Assembly (NCBI RefSeq): GCF_028641065.1
Contig: NC_073385.1
Span: forward strand, 46,748,001-46,812,000
Reading direction: 5' to 3'
Origin: Leucoraja erinacea
Lineage: Eukaryota
DNA: 64,000 nt
Positions within the stretch are counted from its first letter, which is position 1. Each line of letters opens with the position of its first letter. Below, piece by piece: positions 27,409-38,163 of this stretch. The notes beneath the pieces are model-generated. The model searched no databases. It was not told where the DNA came from and worked only from the letters and a program-made list of their open reading frames with translations. Made by a program: the position numbers and the translations under genes.

Positions 27409-27579
27409 GCAGAAGGACAAAGCCAAGAACGGAAAACAATTCAGCGTAGAGGGGATTATTACTCGGTACAGACATCACTGATTGTGGCTGCTGTTAAAAA
27501 GTTACTTCCTATTGGTTTAAATATGTGCACTGCGGGAGACCAAGAATTAATCTCATTGGCCAAGCAGAGATACAATCTG
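27409..27579 (+). CDS. RYR3: RYR3 exon, 171 nt [28 protein letters not shown]...LAKQRYNL
   Basis: tattag|GCA, CTG|gtaatt; not in ORF track. Confidence 0.95.
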
Positions 27580-27799
27580 GTAATTTTTCCATTTTTTTCT
27601 TGTGTATTCTTTTCTACATTTTTAAAACATGAGCAGCAGATTCAACAAGTTTAACTGCATGTTTAAGTTGCATCTAAATATTCCTCATTTCGATTATAAC
27701 AGGTTTTGATTAATGCATTTAAAAACAAAATGTGCCTTGATCTTAGCTTCACATGATCTCCTTAATATTTCCTGACTTTGGAGCTCTTTTGCTAAGAAT

Positions 27800-28875
27800 G
27801 ATTTGCTGAAGATTAGATCGCATGGAATCGAGGGGGAGCTAGCTAACTGGATTAAAAAATTAGCTTCATGGAAGGAAGCAGAGGGTGATGGTGGAAAGTT
27901 GTTTTTTTGGACTGGAATGCGGTGACTAGTGTGCCTCAGAGATGGTTGCTGTTTATGGTTTATGTTAATTATGTGGATGAGAATGTATAAAGCATGATTA
28001 GTAAGTTTGCAGATGACACTAAAGTAGGTGGTATCGTAGTCAGTGGAGATAGGTATCAAAAATTACAGCAGGTTTATGATCAGCTGAGCAATTGAGCAGA
28101 GAAATGGCTAGTGGAGTTTAAAGCAAATAAGTGCAAGGTGTTGCATTTTGGGAAGTCAACCAGTGCCGGACCTACACAGTGAATGACAAGGCCCAAGGGA
28201 GTGTTGTAAAGCAGAGAGATCTAGAAGTACAGGTATATAGTTTCCTGGAAGTGCCATCACAGGTAGATAGTGTGGTAAAGACGGATGTTGGTACACTGGC
28301 CATCAGTCACAGCATTGAAGATAGAAAGTCGAAATTTTACCTTACGGTTGTACAAGATGTTGTTGAGGGTACATTTGTGATATAGTGTTCAGGTTTGGTC
28401 ACCCTCCTATAGGAAGGATGTCATTAAGCTGGAAAGAGTGCAGAGAAGAATTTCAAGGATGTTGCCAGTACTTGAGTGCCTGAGTTACAGGGAAAGATTT
28501 GGTAGGCAAGGACTTTATTCCTTAGAGCCCAGGAGGCCGAGGGATAATTTTATAGTGTTGATAAAATCATGAGGGGAATAGATAGGGTGAATGCACAGTT
28601 TTTTACCAAGGGTCGGAGAATCATGAACCAGAGGATATAGGTTTAAAGTGAGAGGGGTAAGATTTAATAGAAACTTGAGGGACAACTTTTTCACAGAGGG
28701 TGGTGGGGATGTGGAACGAGCTGCCAGAAGAGGTAGTTCAGGTAGGTACGATAACAGCATTTAAAGTACATTGATAGGAAAGGTTTTCAGGGATAACATT
28801 GGGAAATGGGACAGGATATTTTAATTCCCATGAGTGAGTTGTGCCAAAGGGCCTGTTTCCATGATGTATGACGCT
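27800..28875 (+). mobile_element. Degraded CR1-like LINE (RT KFADD to 3' end)
   Basis: aagtttgcagatgacactaaa at about 28003; CR1 tail. Confidence 0.85.
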
Positions 28876-29052
28876 ATACTGCTAAGTAAAACTTGATATA
28901 CAGTAGAGGCATTTGCTGTTAGATGCCCCCAGATGTGCTTGTCGGGTTTTGCCAATAAGTAGACATATGTCTCGGGCTGCCTGCTCACAAACATGAGCAC
29001 ACTATTTAATTCTCTAAATGTCTTGATTAAAGCTGTTTTGTTCTATCAACAG

Positions 29053-29112
29053 AAAGACACAGATGAAGAAGTTAAAGAATTCCTCGCAAATAACTTACAT
29101 TTACAGGATAAG
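29053..29112 (+). CDS. RYR3: RYR3 exon, 60 nt KDTDEEVKEFLANNLHLQDK
   Basis: caacag|AAA, AAG|gtaaga. Confidence 0.95.
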
Positions 29113-30077
29113 GTAAGATTTAAACTAAAATTTCTCCCAAATTGTGATCAAATGTTACATCCAACTTTGTCGTATTTGGTTCCACTGGAACGTCTCAGCT
29201 AAAATATTGTCAGGTTTTGAATTTCATATACTGAATGTCTTGTGATCTCCAAGCATTTAATATCTCGAGTCAAGACTTTTTTTAAGCATTTGGTTTATTG
29301 CTTAACCTGCATTTCATTTTAAGCAAGTGGGATCCTAACATGTAATTTGATCATAATTCACATCCTCATTAAAAGAGCCTTGTTTAAATAGTCAACCAAT
29401 TATTTGGCATGTTAAAATGTTCTCACAAAATCAGTTCACAGCAAAAAGGCAATCTCTACAAACTTACCAACTTTTGATTAAGGCGAGACCTGTGCTCTTT
29501 TAAATGGTTATACAAACTATCCTCACCAGGAACAGAAAGGAGATCAGTCTAATTGGATTGCACAATTATTCCGAAAAAGTAGATTTGTATTTTCAACCTT
29601 GCATGTGAGTTACAGTTGTGAAGGAGGAGGGAATAATGTCTTATTGGATGCTGTATGAATCTATGACTCTATGGGTAGGTGGCATTAGCATAGATGGGGC
29701 ATCTTGTGCAGCATTGGCAAATTGGGCCAATGTCCCTGTTTCCATACTGTATGGCTCTATGACCAAGTGAATACTGTAATATGTATCTTGGATAATAAGA
29801 AAATTTCCCTGGAGCTTGGGACCACAACAGTGCAGGAAGAAATGGAATAAGCCTGATGGAGAAATACAATTGCCATCTGTAGTCAGTAGCTTATGTAAGC
29901 TTTGTGCAGTCACAGCACGACAATTCCACTGCAGCAGCACTGGTTGACTCATCCAGGAAATGAGAGCATTCAGTCATATTCCTTATTTGATGTCATCACT
30001 TGATCATAATCCTGAAACTTCCTACATAACTACACTAGCTTCTTATCAGCTCCAGTTCAAGGTTCAAGAAAAACCGC

Positions 30078-30112
30078 TCCCCCCCCCCCCCCCCCCCCCC
30101 CTCCCCCCCCCC
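30078..30112. repeat. Poly-C tract (poly-G on -)
   Basis: About 33 C with one interruption. Confidence 0.9.
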
Positions 30113-30441
30113 TACACACCATCTCAGCCCCCCTTCATGGCTGTCATGGCTGCCATGGAAGGACATTCCGGGGATTTTAGGAAGTGTTTTCAAGGTAAAA
30201 ATTTAGCACAGAATTTGTTAATGCTTCAGAGATATTGCCTGCATCTTGATTAATTTACTAATCAAATAACTGGGTTCAGGTCAGTGTTTTGAAACCCAAT
30301 CAGCAAAGGCAACTTCCATTGCAACCCAATTCATATCTGAAGTTCTATGAAATGACACAACAATTTATTCGTCAATATTAAATGAAAATCTGCTTTTGCC
30401 ATATATCGGTGGCTACGTTCTGTTGATATTACTATCCTTCA

Positions 30442-30634
30442 AGTTCAAGTTACATTTATTGTCACATGCACCAATTGGTACAGTGAGATTTGAGTTACCA
30501 TACAGCCATACAAATAAAAAGAACAAAATACACGATAGAGTTTAACATGAACATCCCCACACAGCGGAATCAACATTTCCCACTGTGAGGGAAGGCAATA
30601 AAGTTCAATCATCTTCCTCTTTGTTCTCCCATGG
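30442..30634 (-). mobile_element. LINE 3' tail fragment (Rex/L2-like) in the 3' splice site of exon 30657
   Basis: AATAAA + (CTTGAA)n tail on -; TSD tccttca at 30435 and 30635. Confidence 0.75.
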
Positions 30635-30656
30635 TCCTTCACTCTACCCTCTGCAG

Positions 30657-30788
30657 TTTGATGACCCAGCAGTTCGATGGCAGCTTAACTTGTATAAAGA
30701 TATTGCCAAGCCTGAAGAGAGAATGGATCCTCAGAAGATTGTGGAACGTGTGCAAAAGATTTCAGCTGCTGTTTTTCACTTGGAACAG
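30657..30788 (+). CDS. RYR3: RYR3 exon, 132 nt FDDPAVRWQLNLYKD...SAAVFHLEQ
   Basis: ctgcag|TTT, CAG|gtaacc. Confidence 0.96.
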
Positions 30789-32136
30789 GTAACCAGAATA
30801 AACAGTAACATTCATTATATAAATGTGTTAAATTCCATAATCTCTTGTAAGAAAATAAACAATTATCTTGTGAACAAAGATAAATGCAGTTGCACAAAAT
30901 ATCACAATCACTAAGTGAAAATGGAACCACCTGAAGGTGGTTCCTAAAAATACACAACCCAATTTTAGTGAATTCCTTATTGGTGGCAATACATAGATCT
31001 TTAAAGTCGATAGTATCTTGTTATAAATGAGATATCTTATTCGTCCAGATATTTAGCAAATTAGGACAGAATGATAATCTTTTATTGCAGAGGCAACGTT
31101 ATTGCTATCTCAGAAATGTTTCACCACTTTGTAGAGATTTGGAAGGCTAGCTAGCAAAGAATGAGCTTGTCATGCTTTTCACACACAAACAGCTGCTGCT
31201 TGATATTGATCTTTAATATGCTCTTGGGAAATTTGGTAATTTATGCATCAGCAGCACATGAACTTTGCATATAATACAGCTTAGTTTGGGTGAAATTTGG
31301 GAGAATTTTGATGCATTCCTGGAAAAATAAGCGAGTTTGTTATTTACTATGTAATGGATAGATTCAGGGAAAAAATTACATTTTGGCCATTTTATTCTGA
31401 TTCATCCCATTGGAACAAAATCTAAAGGAAATAATTGAAATAGTGGATGAAAATTACAAATTATTTATTTTTCAATAATATCCAGTTGCCTATTGAAAAT
31501 AAATCTCTCTGCCTTAAGAAATAGCTAAGCTAATATATGTTGACGTTGACAAGGTCCTCAAAATGACACAGAATTTGGAGAAAAATAGAAAGGTGCCTTA
31601 AGTAACGTTTTGATCATTTAAAGCAGTAATAGTCATATTTCAGTTTGAATCTGTCTACCTATTTTCTGGACTAGCTTGTACCTTTGTTGAGATTATCAGC
31701 AAGAGTTGGCAGCAAAGCTTTGAAGTGACAAAGACCCTCCTACATATATAATAATGTCAACCTCCATGTAATGTAGGAGCAAAATGGAAAGGCGTTGAAG
31801 TAACGGGTGATTTATTAATCTGATGCGCACCAGGAGGCCTACCAAAGCTAACCTATCAAATGTGACTTTGGTACTGTTTTTATATTCTCAGATGACAAGA
31901 TTACTCAGAAACTTGACAGTAAAATAAGGTCTTAGTTACATAAATTTGACTAACAATAAAATGAGGTATTGCACAGAAACATGACAAATGGTAAAACGAG
32001 GTCTTAATTACATAAACTTGACTAACAATAAAACAAAGTCTTCTTTACCCTACAACAGAGAAAAATGTGGTGAACACCAACAGAATGGTGCTTACAACGG
32101 TGCTCAGAATATTTTTGAGGGCTCTACAGCAGATTT

Positions 32137-32443
32137 GTTTAGTTTAGAGATACAGCACGGAAACAGGCCCTTCGGCCCACTGAGCCCGCACCAACCATCT
32201 ATCCCCGCACATTAACTTTATGCTACACATACTAGGGACAATTTATACTTAGACCAAGCCAATTAACCTACAAACCTGTATGTCTTTGGAATGTGGGAGG
32301 AAACCGAAGATGTCGGAGGAAACCCACACAGTTACGGGGAGAACGTAAAACTCCGTACAGACAGTACCCTTAGTCAGGATCGAACGCAGAATGCTGCAAG
32401 CATTGTAAGGCAGCAACTTTACCACTGCGCCACCATGCTGCCC
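32137..32443 (-). mobile_element. tRNA-derived SINE (HE1-like)
   Basis: Homologous to 7607-7899. Confidence 0.85.
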
Positions 32444-32747
32444 TTTTGTGAAGGCCATGAGAAAGTCAAGGAACACTGAACCGCTTTGCTCAATCGGCTA
32501 AAGTGTCTTCAGAGATGCATTGTGCCTATATATACCGTGCAACATAGATCAGATTTAAATGAATTTCAGGAAGCAAAATGAAGTAGATCTTACAGTAGTA
32601 ATTATCAGTATTATGTCCTTTAAAACTCAGTTTGCTTCTGAATCCAATAGCCTTAATTTTCTAAGTTCTACTTAGTCCATAACTAGTGATCAAATGCCCT
32701 GAACTACATTTACATAATGACTGCAACAAAGCACCAGTGGAAGAGCA

Positions 32748-32912
32748 ATGTTTAGTTTAGTTTCTTATTTTCACGTGTGCCAAGTTATAGTGCAAAGCTT
32801 TTGTTTGCATGCTTCACAGTCATAGAAATGACTATACATGAGTACAATCGAGCTATCCACAGTGCACAGATAAATGATAAAGGGCTCAATATTTAGTGCA
32901 AGATATAACATT
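32748..32912 (-). mobile_element. Old LINE/SINE 3' tail fragment
   Basis: gtttagtttagttt..tatt..cacgtgt..agtgcaaagcttttg pattern resembles 30442-30634. Confidence 0.5.
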
Positions 32913-33155
32913 GAAGTCTTTTAAGCCCTGAATTCCCAAATGAAGCTGTGTACATGTAGAGGACGAGAGTTCCTGTCAGATAAACTCCATTGAAAATAAC
33001 ACATTTAGGGAGCTTGTACTTTATTATGAGTCCTTTAATCTCTGAATGTTCTAATCAATCCTAATTTTAATAATGGCACGCACCATTAGGACACAGTATT
33101 TTCCTGGCAAATCTGGCCCTTCATTAAGCAAGTAATTTTTTATTTTTTTTTTAAG

Positions 33156-33268
33156 GTGGAGCAGCCACTGCGGTCAAAGAAGACAGGCTGGCAAAAGCTC
33201 TTGTCCAAACAACGCAAAAGAGCAGTGGTTGCCTGCTTCCGGATGGCACCACTTTATAACCTGCCCAG
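33156..33268 (+). CDS. RYR3: RYR3 exon, 113 nt, calmodulin-binding segment [37 protein letters not shown](R)
   Basis: (t)n aag|GTG, AG|gtagaa; RyR CaM-binding motif. Confidence 0.96.
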
Positions 33269-33287
33269 GTAGAAGTGATGTTGTGTT

Positions 33288-33322
33288 CTATATGTGTGTG
33301 TATATATATATATATATATATA
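33288..33322. repeat. (TG)n(TA)n microsatellite
   Basis: Directly visible, 20 nt after the CaM-binding exon donor. Confidence 0.9.
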
Positions 33323-34015
33323 CATAATATATCTCAAGAAACAACTGTAATGAATACCTGTAATGATCATTTCTATTTATTCGTTATCTTATTTGCCTAC
33401 TCTCTTGAATTTTTATTTATTTATTTAATTATCAGCTTTCATTGGATAAAGCTTCCTTTTATATATTAACAATCACTCCCAATCTTTATTTCCAATCTTT
33501 AAGTCTGCTTCCATGTTACGTTCCTTGTTCCAGAAGATGAGCAATGACCTGTACTTTAATGTTTGGACTAAGAACATCCTTAGTAACTTTTCCCTGTGAG
33601 CTTTTCGTCCTCCTTTTCCATAAGAAAGTTTCTGATTCAATTTGGAGCCCTAATGATGCCAAGAGTTGGGTTGAGATGGTCATGTGAGAAATTACATTGT
33701 AAACCTATTTCTTTTAAGTTATTGTTAACTGTGAGATGCTTGCCAAACAGCTTTTATATTACTGTAAAGAGGTTTGTGAAGCTAGTCAATAAATCATGTA
33801 TGTCCATGATATTCACCTTAGGCACTATATCTATGCACATTTGTCTTTGGCAAACACATATTTACATACTTTTAAAGAAGTCAGTTTAATACTGTGAATT
33901 AATTGCAGGAACATTGCATTCATTCACAGTACATGGAGAAGTATCCCACAGTTAATTCAGAAACAACTGTGCTTTTAAATTGATCAATGCAAAAAAATGT
34001 ATCCCTTTTCTTTAG

Positions 34016-34115
34016 ACACAAAATTAACATTTACTTCCTGAACGCCTATCAACGTCTGTGGCTGGAAAAGCTATATAAGAACACTGACTTTGAGAATCTT
34101 ATCGTCTGTTTGACG
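34016..34115 (+). CDS. RYR3: RYR3 alternative (mutually exclusive) exon A, 100 nt (R)HKINIYFLNAYQRLWLEKLYKNTDFENLIVCLT
   Basis: cccttttctttag|A, ACG|gtaaag; open frame; same phases as, and paralogous to, exon 35006..35102. Confidence 0.85.
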
Positions 34116-35005
34116 GTAAAGTAACATTTGATTGATAGACACTGCTTCCTGTCCTGTGCAAATATTCTCCTTGGCACACCAACCGTGTTCAGTTTGTACA
34201 GTAAACCTTACAGAATCTGATTGGTCAATACATCAACCAAAACCCTCTGCAATCTTGCACGGAGAAAGATATAATGAATAATGCAAGTGTTCAAACAGCT
34301 ATCCACACACTTTCAGACATCTTATGATGTCTTTACTATGATAAAGTTGATATACTAAAATTGGTCATTGATACAGTATAGGCTGTGTATCTGCATTATA
34401 GCACATGAAGGATTCATTGAATCATTGAGGGTAACGGATTTTTACCAGTATATGAACCAGTACAATGTTAAGTTTTCATCTCATCTTATGCGGGTTACTT
34501 TTGCACAGAAGATGCTGATGCAATAACAATAATATATATATTTGAGATATTGGAGGAAAGGTAGGCTGGATGCACCAATTAAAACAGTCCTTAAAGATTC
34601 TAGAATTATTTTGTTGACTGTTACCAATACATGAGCTAATTGCAGTGTAATCAAAAACTATAATTAAAATAAATGAGCTCAATGACATCCGTACCTAATC
34701 AGAATAGCGAGTGTCTGCTTATGATGGAACTGCCTTCATCCTATTTCTGTTTCCTCTTGTTTTTCTTTCACTTCAGTCATATATGAACATCTAAACATTT
34801 GGGGACCATTCTCTACACCATTCATACTTTAATTAATGTTATCATGATATGTGACCGTGAAACACCATTGACCAATCAGAGGGCTGAAGTTGTACAAATC
34901 TCTACTAATTAACTTTAACTGTTATTTCAAATAATAAGTGTCCCTTAATCTACTAAAAGCTGTGTCTCACTCCTCCCAATTTTACTATACCCTCCCGCTT
35001 CCTAG

Positions 35006-35102
35006 GCATCGTGCTGTTAATCTCTTCCTTCAGAGTTATCAGAAATCATGGATAGAGACAGAGGAGTACTCATTTGAGGAGAAACTAATTGAGGACTTAG
35101 CT
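35006..35102 (+). CDS. RYR3: RYR3 alternative (mutually exclusive) exon B, 97 nt (R)HRAVNLFLQSYQKSWIETEEYSFEEKLIEDLA
   Basis: cttcctag|G, GCT|gtaagt; canonical RyR-like version. Confidence 0.95.
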
Positions 35103-35939
35103 GTAAGTACTGGCACCTGTGCAACTGGTTTCGACCTCCAGCACAAGTGGCCATGCTGCATTCTGCAAGTAGTGCTGTGGCCAAGCTGCCTACAAAATGT
35201 GCAACCTTTCTCTGTCGATTATCAAAGATTGGTTTTGGGGGTAGTTGTTTTCTCTTGACGCTTTGCATTGGAAGCAGGAATGAAAACCTGGTTACTGTGA
35301 ATGGTAGGTACCTTTTGAGCTGAGTAAGATGGACTGGCTTTTGCACTTATCAGCTTGTACTTGACACCGAATCGGAGTAACACACAGTGGAAGTAATAAT
35401 TAGGTAGATGTCTGCAAGAATTGATTGTTCTGGAGTAACAAAGTAAACAAATTGAAAGGTTTTTTTCTGTGAGTGAGATTTGATCTGTAGAATGCAATTT
35501 ATAAATGAGTTTCTACTCACAAAATATTTTTATCTTTTAAGTATTACTTTCACCTCTTTCTCTGTAAAAATTATTTAGCCCAGAGGGTGGCAACTGACCT
35601 ACTTCTAGACCACTGCCAATGTGCCCTGCAAAACTTTCCCAGGAGGCATTGAGGAGTTACATACAATAATCGTGCATAATTTCCTTGCCCGTCCAGATGT
35701 AGAAGTACGTCAGTTTCCATTTTAAAGCTCAGACAGTTGCCATAGCTCCAAAACCTCAATGTATGTCTGTGGTGGAGCAATGTCATTAGCTACTAACTTT
35801 TATTTTCCATTGTATATGTCATAGTATGAGAGAGGACCCATGGCTCTGAATATTAATATGCATTGGAAAGCTATGCTGCATGTTTAATTATAAAATAATA
35901 GATCACTTAGTGTGTTACAAGGCTTTGAATAACCAGAAA

Positions 35940-36500
35940 TTTGAGAAATGGTATTAGGACTGGCCCACTTAGCCCAGACTCTTCTCCACCCTCCAACAAT
36001 ATGATGGCTAATGTTCTACATCAACACCATTTTCATGCGCTGTCCTCGTATCTCTTGCTTTCTCTACTCTCCAGCAACCTATCTATCTCAGTTTGTAAAG
36101 CAGTTATTGACTGGGCTGCCACACTTTAGTGGGTAGAAAATTCCAAAGATTCACCACCGAGTGAATTTAAAAAAAAATCTTGTTGTTTCAATATTAATGT
36201 GTTTATCTCCCATTTAGAGAACATCCCAGACTCTATACTCAGGAGAAACATCCTCCCTCCAACGACTTTGTCGATCCCTCAAAGTATTTTATATGTCTTC
36301 ATGAGATTAGGTCCCATTCTGCTAAATTCTTGTGTTTCGAGTCCCAGCCTGCTCAGTGCCTACACTTGTGATACACCTAGCACCCTGGCAACCAGTCTGA
36401 TTAACCTTTGCTGCACTTCTTATATAGCAAGCAGATTGTTATAATAAGGAGACCAAAATTGTCCAAGCGCAGTCTCATCTGGATCCTGCATAATTGTAGT
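35940..36500 (-). mobile_element. Old CR1-like fragment
   Basis: Reverse CR1 RT-end motifs, highly diverged. Confidence 0.6.
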
Positions 36501-36914
36501 TTTCTCTTGTTCATATCATAACAAATTGGCAGTAAAGCAGGTCACATAAAATTATCTTCATCAGAGGTTGTATAAGAGCTTTGTAACAAACTATCAGATC
36601 TTAATTTTAGTTGATATGTGATTCTGGAGTTTTATAAATTGCATTGAATGTGAATGTGTTACTAGGCTATGCTTGCCTGTGTACTATTCTGTGCTGAATG
36701 TGAAGGGTATAAGGACACCACTTTTAGTAGTTGAAATATTTTTTGCAAGATTTATTGTGTTGCAATTTCATTTATCAAGTGTACGATTACATTATAGTTC
36801 ACATTGAGCAGTGTATTGTGATACCTGGAATAATGTTAAGTACGTGAAAGATAGCATTTGCTTACTTGCAAGATAAAAGATAGATTGTAACAAAAGCAAA
36901 AATATTAAGATAGA

Positions 36915-37110
36915 CACAAAATGCTGGAGTAACTCAGAGGGACAGGCAGCATATCTGGAGAGAAAGGATGGGTAACTTGTCTGAACAAGGATCTCGACCC
37001 GAAACGTCACCTATTCCTTCTCTCCAGAGATTCTGCCTATCCCGTTGAGTTACTCTAGCATTTTGTGTCTATCTTCGGTTTAAACCAGCATCGGCAATTT
37101 CTTCCTACAC
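36915..37110. mobile_element. Short palindromic Penelope-derived element
   Basis: Inverted arms; exact TSD aatattaagataga at 36901 and 37111. Confidence 0.8.
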
Positions 37111-37879
37111 AATATTAAGATAGAGTCTGGTTACAGGTTTGTTCTGCTGGGAGAATTTGTACTGATAATTAAAGTCTGCTATTCTGGGATGAAAATAAAT
37201 TAGTTTTCTATTGGTATGGTCACGTTGTTAACATTACTGATTTAAGCCATTCTAACTTAGCTTTATTTGGATGTTACTTTCATTTCTACAGATATCAAAG
37301 CAGTCCAAAACCACAGGTCCTGGACAATGCTTCGTTCTTTGCTGATAATTAGCTTGACTCGCTTGCCACAATGACCAAGCAGTAACCAACCAGTACAAGT
37401 GAAATTCTAACAACAGTTCCTTTTCAACTATAATCACATTAATAGTTCTTCCTGCATTGATCAGAAAGTCATTTTGATCCGCCACATAAATGCCATGGTT
37501 ACCACTGGTGGTCTCAGGCTCATTATTCAGTAATGAATGTCACTTCCTGACTCTCAACAGCTTTGAGAGCAACAGCCAAATAACAGTTGTTCAGTAGTTC
37601 AGCATCTCATCCTCTGGTCTAAATACTGATCCTTGGCACCTTGCCTGCAGCATGTACTGCCTACAAGATGCACTGCAGCAATTAAATGCACAGGTGCAAC
37701 AAAACACAAGCCAGTTTCCCTACCGAGTCACCACATGCCATTCTGATTACGGGTCAAAAACTGCAAAATTGTCTAGTTAAAAACAATAAGCAATTCTACC
37801 TGCTCTGGTTCATTACAGCAACCTTCCACTACCACATCAGGCCAATTCGGGACTCATAACGGATGCTGCCCTTAACAGT

Positions 37880-38163
37880 GAGGCACAGGGTAGAGCCGCA
37901 GCCTCACAACACGATCCTGATCTTGGGTGCTGTCTATGTGGAGTTTGCATGTTCTCCTGTGACTGCCTGGGTTTCTTCCAGGTGCTCCAATTTCCTCCCA
38001 CACCCCAAAGACTTGCTGGTTTGTAGGTTAATTGGCCCTCTGTAAAAATTACCCCTAGTGGGACAACATCGAAGTAGTGTGAGCGGGTGATCGATGGTTA
38101 GCGTGGACTTGGTGGGCTTAATGGGTGTTTCCGTGCTATATCTCTAAACTAAACAAAACAAAA
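37880..38163 (+). mobile_element. tRNA-derived SINE (HE1-like)
   Basis: gtggagtttgcatgttctcc core; (CTAAA)n tail. Confidence 0.8.

Noticed and set aside
29960-30253. Proline-rich 97-aa ORF
   Set aside because: Artefact of the poly-C tract
35790-35885. ACTAAC (QKI) and TGCATG (RBFOX) motifs downstream of exon B
   Set aside because: Single hexamers about 700 nt away, expected by chance in AT-rich DNA; conservation data would be needed
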